Source of the DNA: Trueperaceae bacterium
GTDB lineage: Bacteria > Deinococcota > Deinococci > Deinococcales > Trueperaceae
DNA: 64,000 nt
Direction: 5' to 3'
NCBI GenBank assembly: GCA_965214405.1
Contig: OZ243956.1
Coordinates: forward strand, 2,144,001-2,208,000
Part shown: positions 29,155 to 39,945 of the stretch, piece by piece
Position numbering within the stretch: position 1 is the stretch's first letter
Layout of the letters: each line of letters opens with the position of its first letter
Position numbers and translations under genes: made by a program
Notes under the pieces: generated by a model
What the model was told of the DNA's origin: nothing
What the model saw: the letters and a program-made list of their open reading frames with translations, nothing else
The model's database searches: none

Positions 29155-30315
29155 CTAAAACCGCTCATCAACAACTAAATCCCCCTCAACCTTCTCTTCC
29201 ACCCGAATCTCGTTCATCCCTACGCCCAAAGCGCTGCGAATTCGTTTGGCAAGCTCTTGTGTGTTGATTGCGGGGTCACCCTCAACGCGCAAGACGGCGC
29301 GGTCGGTGCCGCCCTCGCCGCGTTGGAGCACGAGCTGGTAGTGGCGGAAATTGAGCCCAGGGGTGCCCGCCAGCAAAAAGAGGAGTTCTTTAGGATAAAC
29401 CTTGACGCCCTTGACCTTGACCATCGCGTCGGTGCGGCCAAACACGCCGCGCGGCAGCGTCAGAAGGCCACCCTCGGTACTTTTGAGCGTCAAATCGCCC
29501 GTGCGAAAGCGCAGGACGGGCATCCCTTCGCGGGTGAGGCTGGTCACGACCAGTTCGCCCTTTTCGCCGCCCTTTACAGGTTGAAGCGTGGTGGGCTCGA
29601 GCACCTCCAATACGCACGCCGCCTCCCACACGTGCAGCCCGTCCTTGTCAAAAGTTTCCGCCGCCAGCACGCCCGTTTCGCTGAGGCCGTAGGCGTCGAA
29701 AGCTTGACACTGGAGGAGTTGCTCGAGCCCTTCCCGGTAGCCCGGCACCGCCGTAAAAGGCTCACCCGCCGCGACGAGCGTTTTAAACCGCCCCCCCGCC
29801 TCACCGATTTTGCGCGCGAAACTCGGGTTGCTCACCAAGACGTTAAAGCCGTAGGTGTCGGCGATGTCCGCGACGCTCGAAGCGTCGGCGGGTCCCAGGG
29901 CCAAAACCTTGGCCTCGAGCTTCGTCAGCCCCTCGTGAAAGAGCCAGCCGCCCGCGAGCATATGGTAGGAAAAAACGACCAGACACCTGTCTTCGCTGCT
30001 CAGACCGCAGCGCTTAAGCCCCTCCGCCACCGCGTCGGCCTGCCACTCGACATCGTTTCTCGTTAAATACTCCGGCATTCGCCCGATGTCGGGCGCGGGC
30101 GTCAGGTGCATCTGCACCACGTCGTCCGTTAAGAAACCGCCGTGAGGAGGATGGGCTTTGAAGTGTTTGGTGAGGTCGTCTCTGGTCACAAAGGGAAGCG
30201 CGCTGACATCGTCGGCGGTTACGGAGGATGGGTCAACGTTAGCCAGGCGGTCTTTGTGAAAGGGTAAACCTTTGGCCTTTAAGACGATGTGCTGCAAGCG
30301 TTTGGTGCGGTCCAT
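29155..30315 (-). CDS. Phenylacetate-CoA ligase (PaaK)-like adenylate-forming protein
   Basis: 'LPFVTRDDL', 'AGEP', 'DAYGLSETG', 'GELVVTSL...MPVLRFRTGD', 'GRTDAMVKVKGVKVYP'. The usual SSGTTG loop is replaced by TPAPDIG. Confidence 0.85.
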   Translation of the reverse strand: MDRTKRLQHIVLKAKGLPFHKDRLANVDPSSVTADDVSALPFVTRDDLTKHFKAHPPHGGFLTDDVVQMHLTPAPDIGRMPEYLTRNDVEWQADAVAEGLKRCGLSSEDRCLVVFSYHMLAGGWLFHEGLTKLEAKVLALGPADASSVADIADTYGFNVLVSNPSFARKIGEAGGRFKTLVAAGEPFTAVPGYREGLEQLLQCQAFDAYGLSETGVLAAETFDKDGLHVWEAACVLEVLEPTTLQPVKGGEKGELVVTSLTREGMPVLRFRTGDLTLKSTEGGLLTLPRGVFGRTDAMVKVKGVKVYPKELLFLLAGTPGLNFRHYQLVLQRGEGGTDRAVLRVEGDPAINTQELAKRIRSALGVGMNEIRVEEKVEGDLVVDERF

Positions 30316-30528
30316 GCGTGCCTCCTCATTACATCTTGAATAGCTTAAGGATACGCGAGCTCAAAGCTATATTATTTGAGTTATACTGTTCATCAGACAC
30401 TGAGAGTGAGAGGTGAGATTCAAGGTAAACAGTTATGCGGCTCTGCCATGAGATTTATCTTGGTAGATTCTTGGCAAAAGGTTCATCTTGTATTGGTAAC
30501 CAAAGATAACTCATAGAGGATTAAGTAC

Positions 30529-31092
30529 ATGAAACGTTTCACTCTGTACTACCGTGGTGAACTAAAGTCGAATGGTGACGCGGAGCATAAACACAAAATT
30601 CGTAGTGTTTTTCATCCACAAGTGGAACGAGCGTGGAAGCAGTCAGAGTTGTTCCAAACTATTGAGAGTGAGAAAACTGAGCTGTCACACAAGGACTACC
30701 TCAATAAAGAAAGTGTAAAACGTAGTGAATTTCGTTTTATTCCCTTATTAACCGAGGGCACTGTAGAACTTGAGGTGACCCTCCTAAGACCAGGACCACT
30801 CGGATACATCATTTCGGGTGGAGGAGATATAGACAACCGTCTTAAGACCGTTTTTGATGCACTGCAAATTCCAGACGAAAATCAGGTAAAAAATTTGATG
30901 TCGTCTTATAAGCCTGACCCATTCCACTGTGTTATGCGAGACGACAAGATGGTTAGCCATGTAAGTGTCAAGACTGCACAGTTTCTCGAAGTTCCTGATA
31001 ATTCTAAAGAGGTTGTGCTTGTTATTAATGTGACGCACGATGGCCCTCTCGTGTACCTACATAAGGGAGCACATTTCATAGGAAATTCGTAA
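30529..31092 (+). CDS. RusA-like nuclease-fold protein
   Basis: GDIDNRLKTVFDAL ... RDDKMV matches the RusA D-x-D-N-x-x-K-x3-D-A-L...D-D motif; AT-rich DNA; AGAGGA RBS. Confidence 0.65.
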   Translation: MKRFTLYYRGELKSNGDAEHKHKIRSVFHPQVERAWKQSELFQTIESEKTELSHKDYLNKESVKRSEFRFIPLLTEGTVELEVTLLRPGPLGYIISGGGDIDNRLKTVFDALQIPDENQVKNLMSSYKPDPFHCVMRDDKMVSHVSVKTAQFLEVPDNSKEVVLVINVTHDGPLVYLHKGAHFIGNS

Positions 31093-31200
31093 CCTTTGAA
31101 GAAGTACGGCTGATTTGGATAACGCCATTGCTCATTTGCTAAACTGACCGCTGCTCGAGCCTTACCCCTCACCAAAAGTACCCAAAGTCAGGTGTAGATG

Positions 31201-31974
31201 TCAGGTGTAAATCCGGCTGCCCTCATCCCCTGAAAGCGCCCGCTCGAGCCCATCCCCCCGCCGCCCATCAGCAATCACCGCAAAGGCCGCGCCGCGCGAG
31301 AGCGCCTCCAACGCCGCCTCGACTTTGGGAATCATCCCGCCCGCGATGCGCCCGTCCCGAATGCGTTCTTCGATGTCCGCTGCGCTGAGTTCTGACAAAA
31401 GACTGGCGGGGTTTCGCGGATCGTCCAGCACCCCCGGCACGTCGGTCAGAAAGACGACGGGCGCTTCTAACGCTCCCGCCACCGCGCCCGCCACGCTGTC
31501 GGCGTTGACGTTGAGCACACCCTCACGGTTTTCGGCCTCAGCCAAGCAGGCAATGACGGGGGTAACGTTGACGCTCAGCAGCGCCTCTAAAAAGGTTCGG
31601 TTCACGCGGACCATCTCGCCGACGAAACCCAAGGCCGGGTCTAGGGGACGGGCGACGAGGAGGCTCGAGTCCCGCCCCGTCAATCCCACTGCAAAACTCG
31701 TGTGCTCACCTATCTCCTGCGCCAAGACTTTGCCGAGTCCCGTCAGGGCCGTCTCGACCACGGGCAAACTTTCGGCGCTGGTCACGCGCAGGCCGCGTAC
31801 AAAGGAACTCTCGAGTCCTGCCATTTTTAGAGCCTGGGCGATAAAAGGCCCGCCGCCATGCACCACCAAGGGCTCCTCTCCCTTCTGGGCAAGGGCGCGG
31901 AGGGCCGAGGCTACCTCTCTACGCACGTTGGGCTCGGTCATGGCGCTGCCGCCGTATTTGACAACCAAGGACAT
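31201..31974 (-). CDS. argB: Acetylglutamate kinase
   Basis: 'VVKYGGSAM', 'VHGGGP', 'GLRVT', 'NVNAD', 'LTDVPG', 'GGMIPK'; start at ATG 31974. Confidence 0.96.
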   Translation of the reverse strand: MSLVVKYGGSAMTEPNVRREVASALRALAQKGEEPLVVHGGGPFIAQALKMAGLESSFVRGLRVTSAESLPVVETALTGLGKVLAQEIGEHTSFAVGLTGRDSSLLVARPLDPALGFVGEMVRVNRTFLEALLSVNVTPVIACLAEAENREGVLNVNADSVAGAVAGALEAPVVFLTDVPGVLDDPRNPASLLSELSAADIEERIRDGRIAGGMIPKVEAALEALSRGAAFAVIADGRRGDGLERALSGDEGSRIYT

Positions 31975-31990
31975 AGGGTAATCTTGACAT

Positions 31991-33406
31991 ATGGACAGAC
32001 TTGTTTTCGGCACCGACGGCTGGCGCGATATTATCGGCGACCGCTTTACCTTTGACAATGTGGCGCGGGTCGCGCAGGCCTACGCCGAGTATCTGCAAGC
32101 GCAGGGGGCGACGCGCGTGGTGGTCGGTTTCGACACCCGCTTTAACGGCGAACTGTACGCGCGGCGCGTGGCGGAGGTGATGGCGGCCAACGGGCTCCAC
32201 ACGCTCCTGTCAGACGCCTACCTGCCGACCCCCGCGCTCTCGTTCGCGGTCAAACATTATGGGGCGGGCGGCGGCGTCATGCTCACGGCCTCGCACAATC
32301 CTCCTCCTTACAACGGCTTCAAGCTTAAAGGTTCTTACGGCGGCACCGCCACCCAAGACATCTACCAAGCGGTGAGCGAGCGGGTCGAGACTCTAACGGA
32401 CGACGAGGTGGGCGTCTTTGACGAGAAAGCGCACACCATAGAAACGTTTAACATCCGCAAAGCCTATTTCGAGGCGCTAACAGCGCTTGTGGACGTGGAG
32501 GCGCTGCGCACTTTTTCGGGCACGCTGGTTCACGACGCGATGGGCGGGGCGGGCGCGGGCTGGCTCACGGGATTCCTAAAGCACGCAAAACTCAAGATTC
32601 CCGTTCACGAGGTTCACGCAGTTCCCAACCCGACGTTTTACGGCGTGTCTCCCGAGCCCATCGCGCAGAATTTGGCCTCCACGGTAGCAGTGATGAACGA
32701 AAGCGACGCGGCGTTTGCCACCGCCACCGACGGCGACGGCGACCGCTTGGGGCTGGTGCTGCCGGGCGGCGACTACTTCAACTCGCACCAGATTTTTGCG
32801 GTGCTGCTAGACCTGATGAGCCAGAAGGGCTACAGCGGGAAAGTGGTTAAGACGTTTACCGTCTCGCGCATTATCGAGCGTCTGGCTCAGGCGCGCGGCC
32901 TCGAGGTCCAGGAGACGCCCGTCGGCTTCAAATACATTGTCGACGCCATGCTCTCAGAAAGCGTGCTCATCGGCGGTGAGGAGTCGGGCGGCATCGGGGT
33001 GGCGGGCTGGCTGCCCGAACGTGACGGGATTGCCAACAGTCTGCTGATGCTCGAGGCCGTCGTCAAGGCTGGCAAGCCGCTCCGGGAGATTTTTGCGGAG
33101 CTTGAGCGGGAGGCCAGTTGGCGGCACGCCTACAACCGTCTCGACCTTCACCTCCACGGCAACGATTTGAAAGAAGCGGTCATGCACTCTCTGGACATGC
33201 CCCCCGAACGCTTCGCCGACCGCGACATAACCTCGGTCGAGCGGCGCGACGGCGTCAAGCTCAACCTGGGCGAGGACGCTTGGCTCCTGTTCAGGCCGAG
33301 CGGCACCGAGCCCGTGCTGCGCGTTTACTGCGAAGCGCCGGATGATGAGGCGGTAAAGGAGATTTTGGGGAGGGCGCGAGCCTTCGTGGAGGGTCTAAAG
33401 CCGTAG
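31991..33406 (+). CDS. Phosphoglucomutase/phosphomannomutase family protein
   Basis: 'FGTDGWR', catalytic 'TASHNP', metal loop 'DGDGDR', 'GEESG', 'RPSGTEP'. Confidence 0.95.
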   Translation: MDRLVFGTDGWRDIIGDRFTFDNVARVAQAYAEYLQAQGATRVVVGFDTRFNGELYARRVAEVMAANGLHTLLSDAYLPTPALSFAVKHYGAGGGVMLTASHNPPPYNGFKLKGSYGGTATQDIYQAVSERVETLTDDEVGVFDEKAHTIETFNIRKAYFEALTALVDVEALRTFSGTLVHDAMGGAGAGWLTGFLKHAKLKIPVHEVHAVPNPTFYGVSPEPIAQNLASTVAVMNESDAAFATATDGDGDRLGLVLPGGDYFNSHQIFAVLLDLMSQKGYSGKVVKTFTVSRIIERLAQARGLEVQETPVGFKYIVDAMLSESVLIGGEESGGIGVAGWLPERDGIANSLLMLEAVVKAGKPLREIFAELEREASWRHAYNRLDLHLHGNDLKEAVMHSLDMPPERFADRDITSVERRDGVKLNLGEDAWLLFRPSGTEPVLRVYCEAPDDEAVKEILGRARAFVEGLKP

Positions 33407-33617
33407 GAGCGGATAGTAACCTGTGGCGTAGCAACTTAACAGGGGGAGACAAGATACACTTCAGCTATCTGGTGTTGTTTAATCTTGTTGGAAGTCACCC
33501 TGGTAGACAGAAACTAGGCGCTGCAAGGGATTTTGGCTTGTTATGTCAAAAATCTAGAAAGTAGTTGGAGATGTCGAACTTAACTATAAGTACGCCGAAA
33601 TTCCTGAGCTTGGGTCA

Positions 33618-34025
33618 TTGGGTATTGTGAACAAGAAACTTGCACTTGTGGCTTGGCTCATCGGCGTTTCTGCTGCGGCGCTGGCCGGGTTGCAGCCGGA
33701 CCCTTACCTCGCAAGCGTGCGCGCGTCTCCACCGCCGCACCCGTACCCCGCAGAGACCGTCGGCTGGGTGGTATTGCTCATCTCCGCCCACGTCCTGCTT
33801 CTGCTCGCCGTCCTCCGGCCCAGCACGTACCGACGTTCGTGGGGCCGAGCCTTAGCCGCCTCTATACTGTCGGCGGCATTCTTGAGCTTGGGCGTGCTCG
33901 GCGCCATGCACTCGCCGCCCCCCTGGGTCGCGTACCTGCTGTGGCTAGTGGTCGTGCTCGCTGGCGCGCTGTTACTTTTAGCTTATTCGGTCGTTGCTGC
34001 CGCGAAAGCACAAGCCAGCACCTAA
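33618..34025 (+). CDS. Small four-TM membrane protein, possibly from an integron gene cassette
   Basis: Four hydrophobic segments; the stop codon lies inside an attC-like R'' box; alternative start GTG 33627. Confidence 0.7.
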   Translation: MGIVNKKLALVAWLIGVSAAALAGLQPDPYLASVRASPPPHPYPAETVGWVVLLISAHVLLLLAVLRPSTYRRSWGRALAASILSAAFLSLGVLGAMHSPPPWVAYLLWLVVVLAGALLLLAYSVVAAAKAQAST

Positions 34026-34088
34026 AAATTTGTTCAAACTGTTTGCCCAAACTGACGACTCTTCAGTGCGCTAAACCTGTTGTTAGCG
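34020..34088 (+). mobile_element. Degenerate integron attC-like site
   Basis: ACCTAAA-AATTT-GTTCAAAC ... GCTAAAC-CTGTT-GTTAGCG follows the R''-spacer-L''...L'-spacer-R' layout; R'' has AAA in place of AAC. Confidence 0.45.
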
Positions 34089-34118
34089 GGAGGAGACCTC
34101 TACCCAATGTTAAAAATG

Positions 34119-35157
34119 TTAAAGTTGCAAAAACTCCTTGGGACTCTCGGATAAACGTTCGTAACCCCCTTCGGTAATGACCGTCAAATCCTCAATACGT
34201 ACGCCCGCCTCACCGGGTTCGTACACCCCCGGCTCGACGGTCACGGTCATGCCGGGCTCGAGCCGCTCGTCTTGGTCACGCGCCAAGCGCGGTCCCTCGT
34301 GAATCTCTAGGCCCACCCCGTGACCGAGGCTGTGAGTGAAATTTTCTCCCAGACCCGCTTCTGTCAAACTTTCTCGAGCCACGGCGTCCATCTCGCCCCC
34401 GGTTTTGCCCGGTGCAAGCGCGCGGAGTGCCCCTTCCTGCGCTCTCAAAACAGCGTCATACATCTCACGGAGTTTGCCGTTCACGCTTTCCACCGCCACC
34501 GTGCGCGTCATGTCGGCGTGATAGCCGTCCAGCTTAGCGCCGAAGTCGAGGGTAACCAAATCGCCTCTTTCGATGATTTTGTTCGACGCCACCCCGTGCG
34601 GCATCGCGCTCCGAACGCCGCTCGCCACGATGGTCTCGAAACTCATACCCTCAGCGCCGGAGAGGCGGAGGAAGCGCTCGAGTTCCAGCGCCACCTCGAC
34701 CTCGCGCGCCCCAGCTTTGATAAAACCTAAAATGTGCGTAAACCCCGCGTCGGTGAGCCGCGCCGCCTCGCGCAAAGTCTCAATCTCCTGGGTCGTCTTG
34801 CGGAGGCGCAGTTCATTCACGAGTCCTTTGGTGGGGACGGGCGCGGTGGGCAGTTTGTCGGCAAGCGTTTCAAAAAGGTCGTAATTCACGCTGTCGGATT
34901 CAAAAGCCAAGCGCCGCGACCCCACCCGCTCGGCGACAAAAGCGGGCCAATCTTTGGGGACGATTTCTACGGCCAACCGCGACTCTTCGCCCGCCTGGGC
35001 GGTGTAGCGCCCGTCGGTCACGAGCCACGCGTCAGTAAGGGTCACGAGCACCCGCCCGTCCTGAGGGCTCCGAAAGCCGGATAGATAACGCACGTTGGCG
35101 GGCCGGGTCACGAGCAGCGCCTCAGCGCCCGCGCTACTTAACTTTTCCCTCAGCCGC

Positions 35158-35165
<8 letters not shown>
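34119..35165 (-). CDS. Xaa-Pro aminopeptidase/dipeptidase (M24B)
   Basis: 'DGRY..QA', '[14 protein letters not shown]', '[13 protein letters not shown]', 'TVEPGVY', 'GVRIED'; the start overlaps the tpiA stop. Confidence 0.94.
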
Positions 35166-35943
<778 letters not shown>

Positions 35944-36198
35944 GCGTCAGAATAACCCAGGTAACAGTTACGCACCTCTTTTTATTCTGCGGGGAATAGG
36001 CTACCCTGATACTCACACAGCAGGCACCACCTCTGTTTTGAGGCTCACGTTAACCTGTGGCACGACGAAACGACGGGCCACGTTTGGAGGCATTTTGAGA
36101 CCCACGGCGTTTATAACCTACCTTGCTCGCTTTGCTCGACTCCAACCGGACCTGCTTTGCGCCCTCTCGAGCACGTTTGCGGACGGGGCAAACCCGCT

Positions 36199-37194
36199 AT
36201 GAAAGCCTTCCGCCTCACCGACTTTTCCCCCCGAAGCGCCGAGCTTAACGACCTGCCCGACCCTCAACCCGCTCCGGGTAGCGTGCTCGTCGAGGTTGCG
36301 GCGTGCGGGGTCTGCGGCTCCGACCTGCACGCGTACAGGGCCGACCGCGGGTACGAGTGGATAAGCACTCCCGTCGTGCTCGGTCACGAGTTTTCCGGGA
36401 CCGTTAAGGCGCTCGGCGAGGGCGTAGAGCGTTTACAAGTCGGAGACAGGGTTGCCGCCGTCGCCATTCAAGGTTGCTTGAGCTGTTCGGCGTGCCTGGC
36501 GGGCGACACCCACCTTTGCGCGGCGCGCCGGGTTATCGGGCTGAGCTACGACGGCGGCATGGCTGAACTCGTTACGGTCAATGCGGCTTACTTGGTAAAG
36601 ATTCCCGACGGGCTCGAGCTTCCCTTAGCCGCCCTTATCGAACCTCTCTCGGTCGCCGTTCACGCGGTCTTGGTGCGCGCGCGGGTCTCTCCGGGTGACC
36701 GCGTCGTCGTCTCCGGCCCCGGCCCCATCGGCCTCCTCAGCGGCTTTGTCGCCAAGCTGGCGGGCGCGCAGGTGACGATACTCGGCACTCGAGCGGACGC
36801 GCAAACGCGGCTTCCGGCAGCCGCGGCGCTCGGTTTGGAGACTACACAGGACGTTGGGGTTTTAGAGTCTCCCGACCTCTGGGTCGAGGCCTCGGGCGCG
36901 ACCGCGGCCTTTGACGCGGCGGTCAAAACGGTGCGGCGGGGCGGGGCGCTTTCGGTCGTCGGCATGTACGCCCAGGCGACCGAGTTTTTCCCGACCGTCG
37001 CCGTACGCGCCGAGCTCACGCTGTCGTTTTCTTACGCGTCAAACTACCAAGATTATGAAACTGCGGCGAGGATTCTCGAGGGGCACGCCTCTGAACTCAA
37101 AACCCTGACCACGCCTTTTCCGCTCGAGCACGCTCCGGAAGCCTTTGACCAAGCGTTAGCGGGCGGGGTGGTTAAAGCGCTTCTTATTCCGTGA
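36199..37194 (+). CDS. Zn-dependent alcohol/polyol dehydrogenase (MDR family)
   Basis: 'CGSDLH', 'GHEFSG', structural Zn C-x2-C-x2-C-x7-C, 'GPGPIG'. Confidence 0.92.
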   Translation: MKAFRLTDFSPRSAELNDLPDPQPAPGSVLVEVAACGVCGSDLHAYRADRGYEWISTPVVLGHEFSGTVKALGEGVERLQVGDRVAAVAIQGCLSCSACLAGDTHLCAARRVIGLSYDGGMAELVTVNAAYLVKIPDGLELPLAALIEPLSVAVHAVLVRARVSPGDRVVVSGPGPIGLLSGFVAKLAGAQVTILGTRADAQTRLPAAAALGLETTQDVGVLESPDLWVEASGATAAFDAAVKTVRRGGALSVVGMYAQATEFFPTVAVRAELTLSFSYASNYQDYETAARILEGHASELKTLTTPFPLEHAPEAFDQALAGGVVKALLIP

Positions 37195-37292
37195 ACATCC
37201 TTTTTTAACCTGATTCGTTTACGCACGCCGGACTTCCTCAAAACACCTCCGCTGGACACCCGCCACGCGCCCTCCGTGGTACCCTAAATTTT

Positions 37293-38330
37293 ATGGAAGG
37301 TGACACGACTTTACGGCCCCGCACGCTTCAAGATTACGTCGGGCAAAAACGGCTCAAGGAAAAGTTCGGCATCTATCTCGAGGCCACCCGGAGCCGCGGC
37401 GAGCCCTTAGACCACGTGCTGCTCTACGGGCCGCCGGGCTTGGGCAAAACGACCCTGTCGCACATCATCGCCAACGAACTCGGCGTCGGCATCCGCGTGA
37501 CGAGCGGACCCGCCATCGAAAAACCGGGCGACCTGGCCGCGATTCTTACCAACGCGCTTGATGAGGGCGACGTGCTCTTTATCGACGAGATCCACCGCCT
37601 GGGCCGCGTGGCCGAGGAGCACCTGTATCCGGCGATGGAGGATTTCAAGATCGACATCATCCTGGGTCAGGGACCCGCGGCGCGCACCATCCGGCTCGAC
37701 CTGCCGCGCTTTACGCTTATCGGCGCGACCACCCGGCCGGGGCTCATCACCCAGCCCATGCGGAGCCGGTTCGGGATTATCGAGCACTTAGAGTATTACA
37801 CCGACGAGGAACTCTCGGGCGGCGTCCTGCGCGACGCTAAGCTCCTGGGTTTTGGCTTAGACCCCGACGCGGCCCTGGAGATTGGCCGCCGGGCGCGCGG
37901 CACCATGCGCATCGCCAAGCGCCTCTTGCGCCGCGTGCGCGACTACGCGGAGGTCGCGGGCGAGGAGACGGTGAGTTTGGCGCGGGCGAAACACGCGCTC
38001 AACGAACTCGGCATCGACGAACTTGGCCTGGACGCGCGCGACCGGACCATTCTCGAGGCCGTCATCTGCAAATTCGCGGGCGGCCCGGTAGGCGTGGGCA
38101 CGCTCGCCACCTCCGTGGGCGAGGACGGGGCCACCCTAGAAGAGGTCTACGAGCCCTACCTCATCCAGCGCGGCTTTATCAAAAGGACGCAGCGCGGGCG
38201 CGTCGCCACGGAGCACGCGTACCATCACCTGGGCTACGTCTACCGGGGGAGCGCCCAGGAGGCGCTCTTTGATGATGGTTTTGACGGAACTTTCGGCGGT
38301 GCGTTGGACGACTCGGACGAGGCCGCGTAA
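37293..38330 (+). CDS. ruvB: Holliday junction branch migration ATPase RuvB
   Basis: 'LRP..L.DYVGQ', 'GPPGLGKTT', 'FIDEIHR', 'GATTRPG', 'GGPVG', 'EPYL'; TACCCT 7 nt before the ATG. Confidence 0.98.
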   Translation: MEGDTTLRPRTLQDYVGQKRLKEKFGIYLEATRSRGEPLDHVLLYGPPGLGKTTLSHIIANELGVGIRVTSGPAIEKPGDLAAILTNALDEGDVLFIDEIHRLGRVAEEHLYPAMEDFKIDIILGQGPAARTIRLDLPRFTLIGATTRPGLITQPMRSRFGIIEHLEYYTDEELSGGVLRDAKLLGFGLDPDAALEIGRRARGTMRIAKRLLRRVRDYAEVAGEETVSLARAKHALNELGIDELGLDARDRTILEAVICKFAGGPVGVGTLATSVGEDGATLEEVYEPYLIQRGFIKRTQRGRVATEHAYHHLGYVYRGSAQEALFDDGFDGTFGGALDDSDEAA

Positions 38331-38583
38331 ACCGCGCTGCAAGCAGTCTGTGTGGAGCAATCCATGTGGGGCGTCGGACGGGAAAACAACGGCTAAGAAG
38401 TCCTGTTGACTCAAGCACCCTTCGAGAACTTCAAATCACGATTTTCACAAGCATTTTCTCAAGAATCTTTACAGGACGACGCGCTGATGAGGCGTCTTCA
38501 ACACCCTAGCGGGCGCGTCTTCTCTATACTGCTGGTGATAGCGTCATGACTCATCTCATTCGAATTCTTCTCAGCAGGGTCCG

Positions 38584-39720
38584 GTGGCTGGGGTCCTCCC
38601 GAGCCCGCCCCGCCCGCCCGACGAGACGCACCCCGTGATTCAGGGGAGCCTGCACGACGCGCCCATCTCCGACGTGTTCCAAATCATTGTGAGCGGGCTC
38701 AAGTCGGGCGTGCTGACGGTCGTGAAAAAGGAGAGCCGCGCGCGTCTTTATTTCGAGGGAGGGCGGCTGCAATACGCGCACCTTTCGCCCGGCCCCCACT
38801 TAGGCGAAATTTTGGTGCGTTTAGACCTCCTGAGCGCGTTTGAAGTTCAGATGATGCTTCTCAAACAGTCCTCGGTGGAACTGGGTGCAAGCGGCAAAAG
38901 CGTGCCCCTCGGGCTTCTGGCGGTGCGCGAGGGGCTGATGGACGAAGGAGACCTCAAGCGGGCGCTCAGGGCGCAAGTGCTCGAGGTCATGACCGAACTC
39001 ATCACCTGGAAGAGCGGCGCGTTTTCTTTTGTGGAGCGTTCGCCCGAGGTCGCGCAGCACCTCAACGAACACGCGCTCGACGCGGTGCAACTCCTTATGG
39101 AAACCGCCCAGCGCCTCCACGAGTGGGAGAGCGCCGTTCCCGCGCGCGCCGTGTTCGAAAAGTCGGGCGACCCCACCAAGGTAAGCCTCCTCAAGGGCAG
39201 TTGGGAGGTGCTCGGTTACGTGGACAGCAAGCGCAGCGCGCGCTCTATCGCCGCGGAACTCGACGTGCCCGAAAAGCAGGTCTACCGCATCCTCGCCGAA
39301 TTAGAAGCCAAGGGCGTGATTCAGGCCCTATCGTTTGCGCCCGAAACGCCGCTGGTGCTGTTCGTGTCGCCCTCGTCGGCGCTCCAGCGGCTCGTGCGCT
39401 TGACCTTGCAGCGCGCTAGGCTCGAGGTCCTTTTGGCCGACGACCCCGCAGGAGGTCTGGACGCGCTCGCCGCAGCGCGTCCTCAAGCCGTCGTGGTAGA
39501 CGACGCGGGTGACGGCGGTGCGGGCGCGGCCTGGACATTTGTCAAGGAACTGCGCAAACACTCCGGCGGGGGCCACCTGCCTGTTCTCGTCCTCACCGGG
39601 GTGAAGGGTAGTCTGTTGGAGCGCCTGAGGCGTCCCAAGGCGCTCACCCTGGAAAAGCCCTTTCACGAGATTGACTTACAGCAAAGCGTCGTCAAGATGG
39701 TTGGACAGCCGCTCGCTTAG
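38584..39720 (+). CDS. DUF4388 (PatA-N) domain protein with a C-terminal receiver-like domain
   Basis: 'QGSL....SDVFQ....KSGVL', 'LGEILV', 'W.SG.F.F'; C-terminal receiver fold with 'VVVD' and 'LEKPF'. Start uncertain (possibly GTG 38635). Confidence 0.82.
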   Translation: MAGVLPSPPRPPDETHPVIQGSLHDAPISDVFQIIVSGLKSGVLTVVKKESRARLYFEGGRLQYAHLSPGPHLGEILVRLDLLSAFEVQMMLLKQSSVELGASGKSVPLGLLAVREGLMDEGDLKRALRAQVLEVMTELITWKSGAFSFVERSPEVAQHLNEHALDAVQLLMETAQRLHEWESAVPARAVFEKSGDPTKVSLLKGSWEVLGYVDSKRSARSIAAELDVPEKQVYRILAELEAKGVIQALSFAPETPLVLFVSPSSALQRLVRLTLQRARLEVLLADDPAGGLDALAAARPQAVVVDDAGDGGAGAAWTFVKELRKHSGGGHLPVLVLTGVKGSLLERLRRPKALTLEKPFHEIDLQQSVVKMVGQPLA

Positions 39721-39945
39721 TATCAACCACATAAGTCTTTGCCAGAGAACGAACGTGCAGGACACCGTAAACCGGTTACGTCTCCTCGAAAAACTGTGGG
39801 CTGAGCACATCCATACAACATTCAAAGTGATAAGATTAGAGCTAAGAAATCTGAGTGCTTACCTATCAACCTCTGTGCAAATCTTAACCTCGATATTCGC
39901 CCCAGCAAATGACGCAGTGAGAATGAAAAGCAGGAGGAGACGGCG

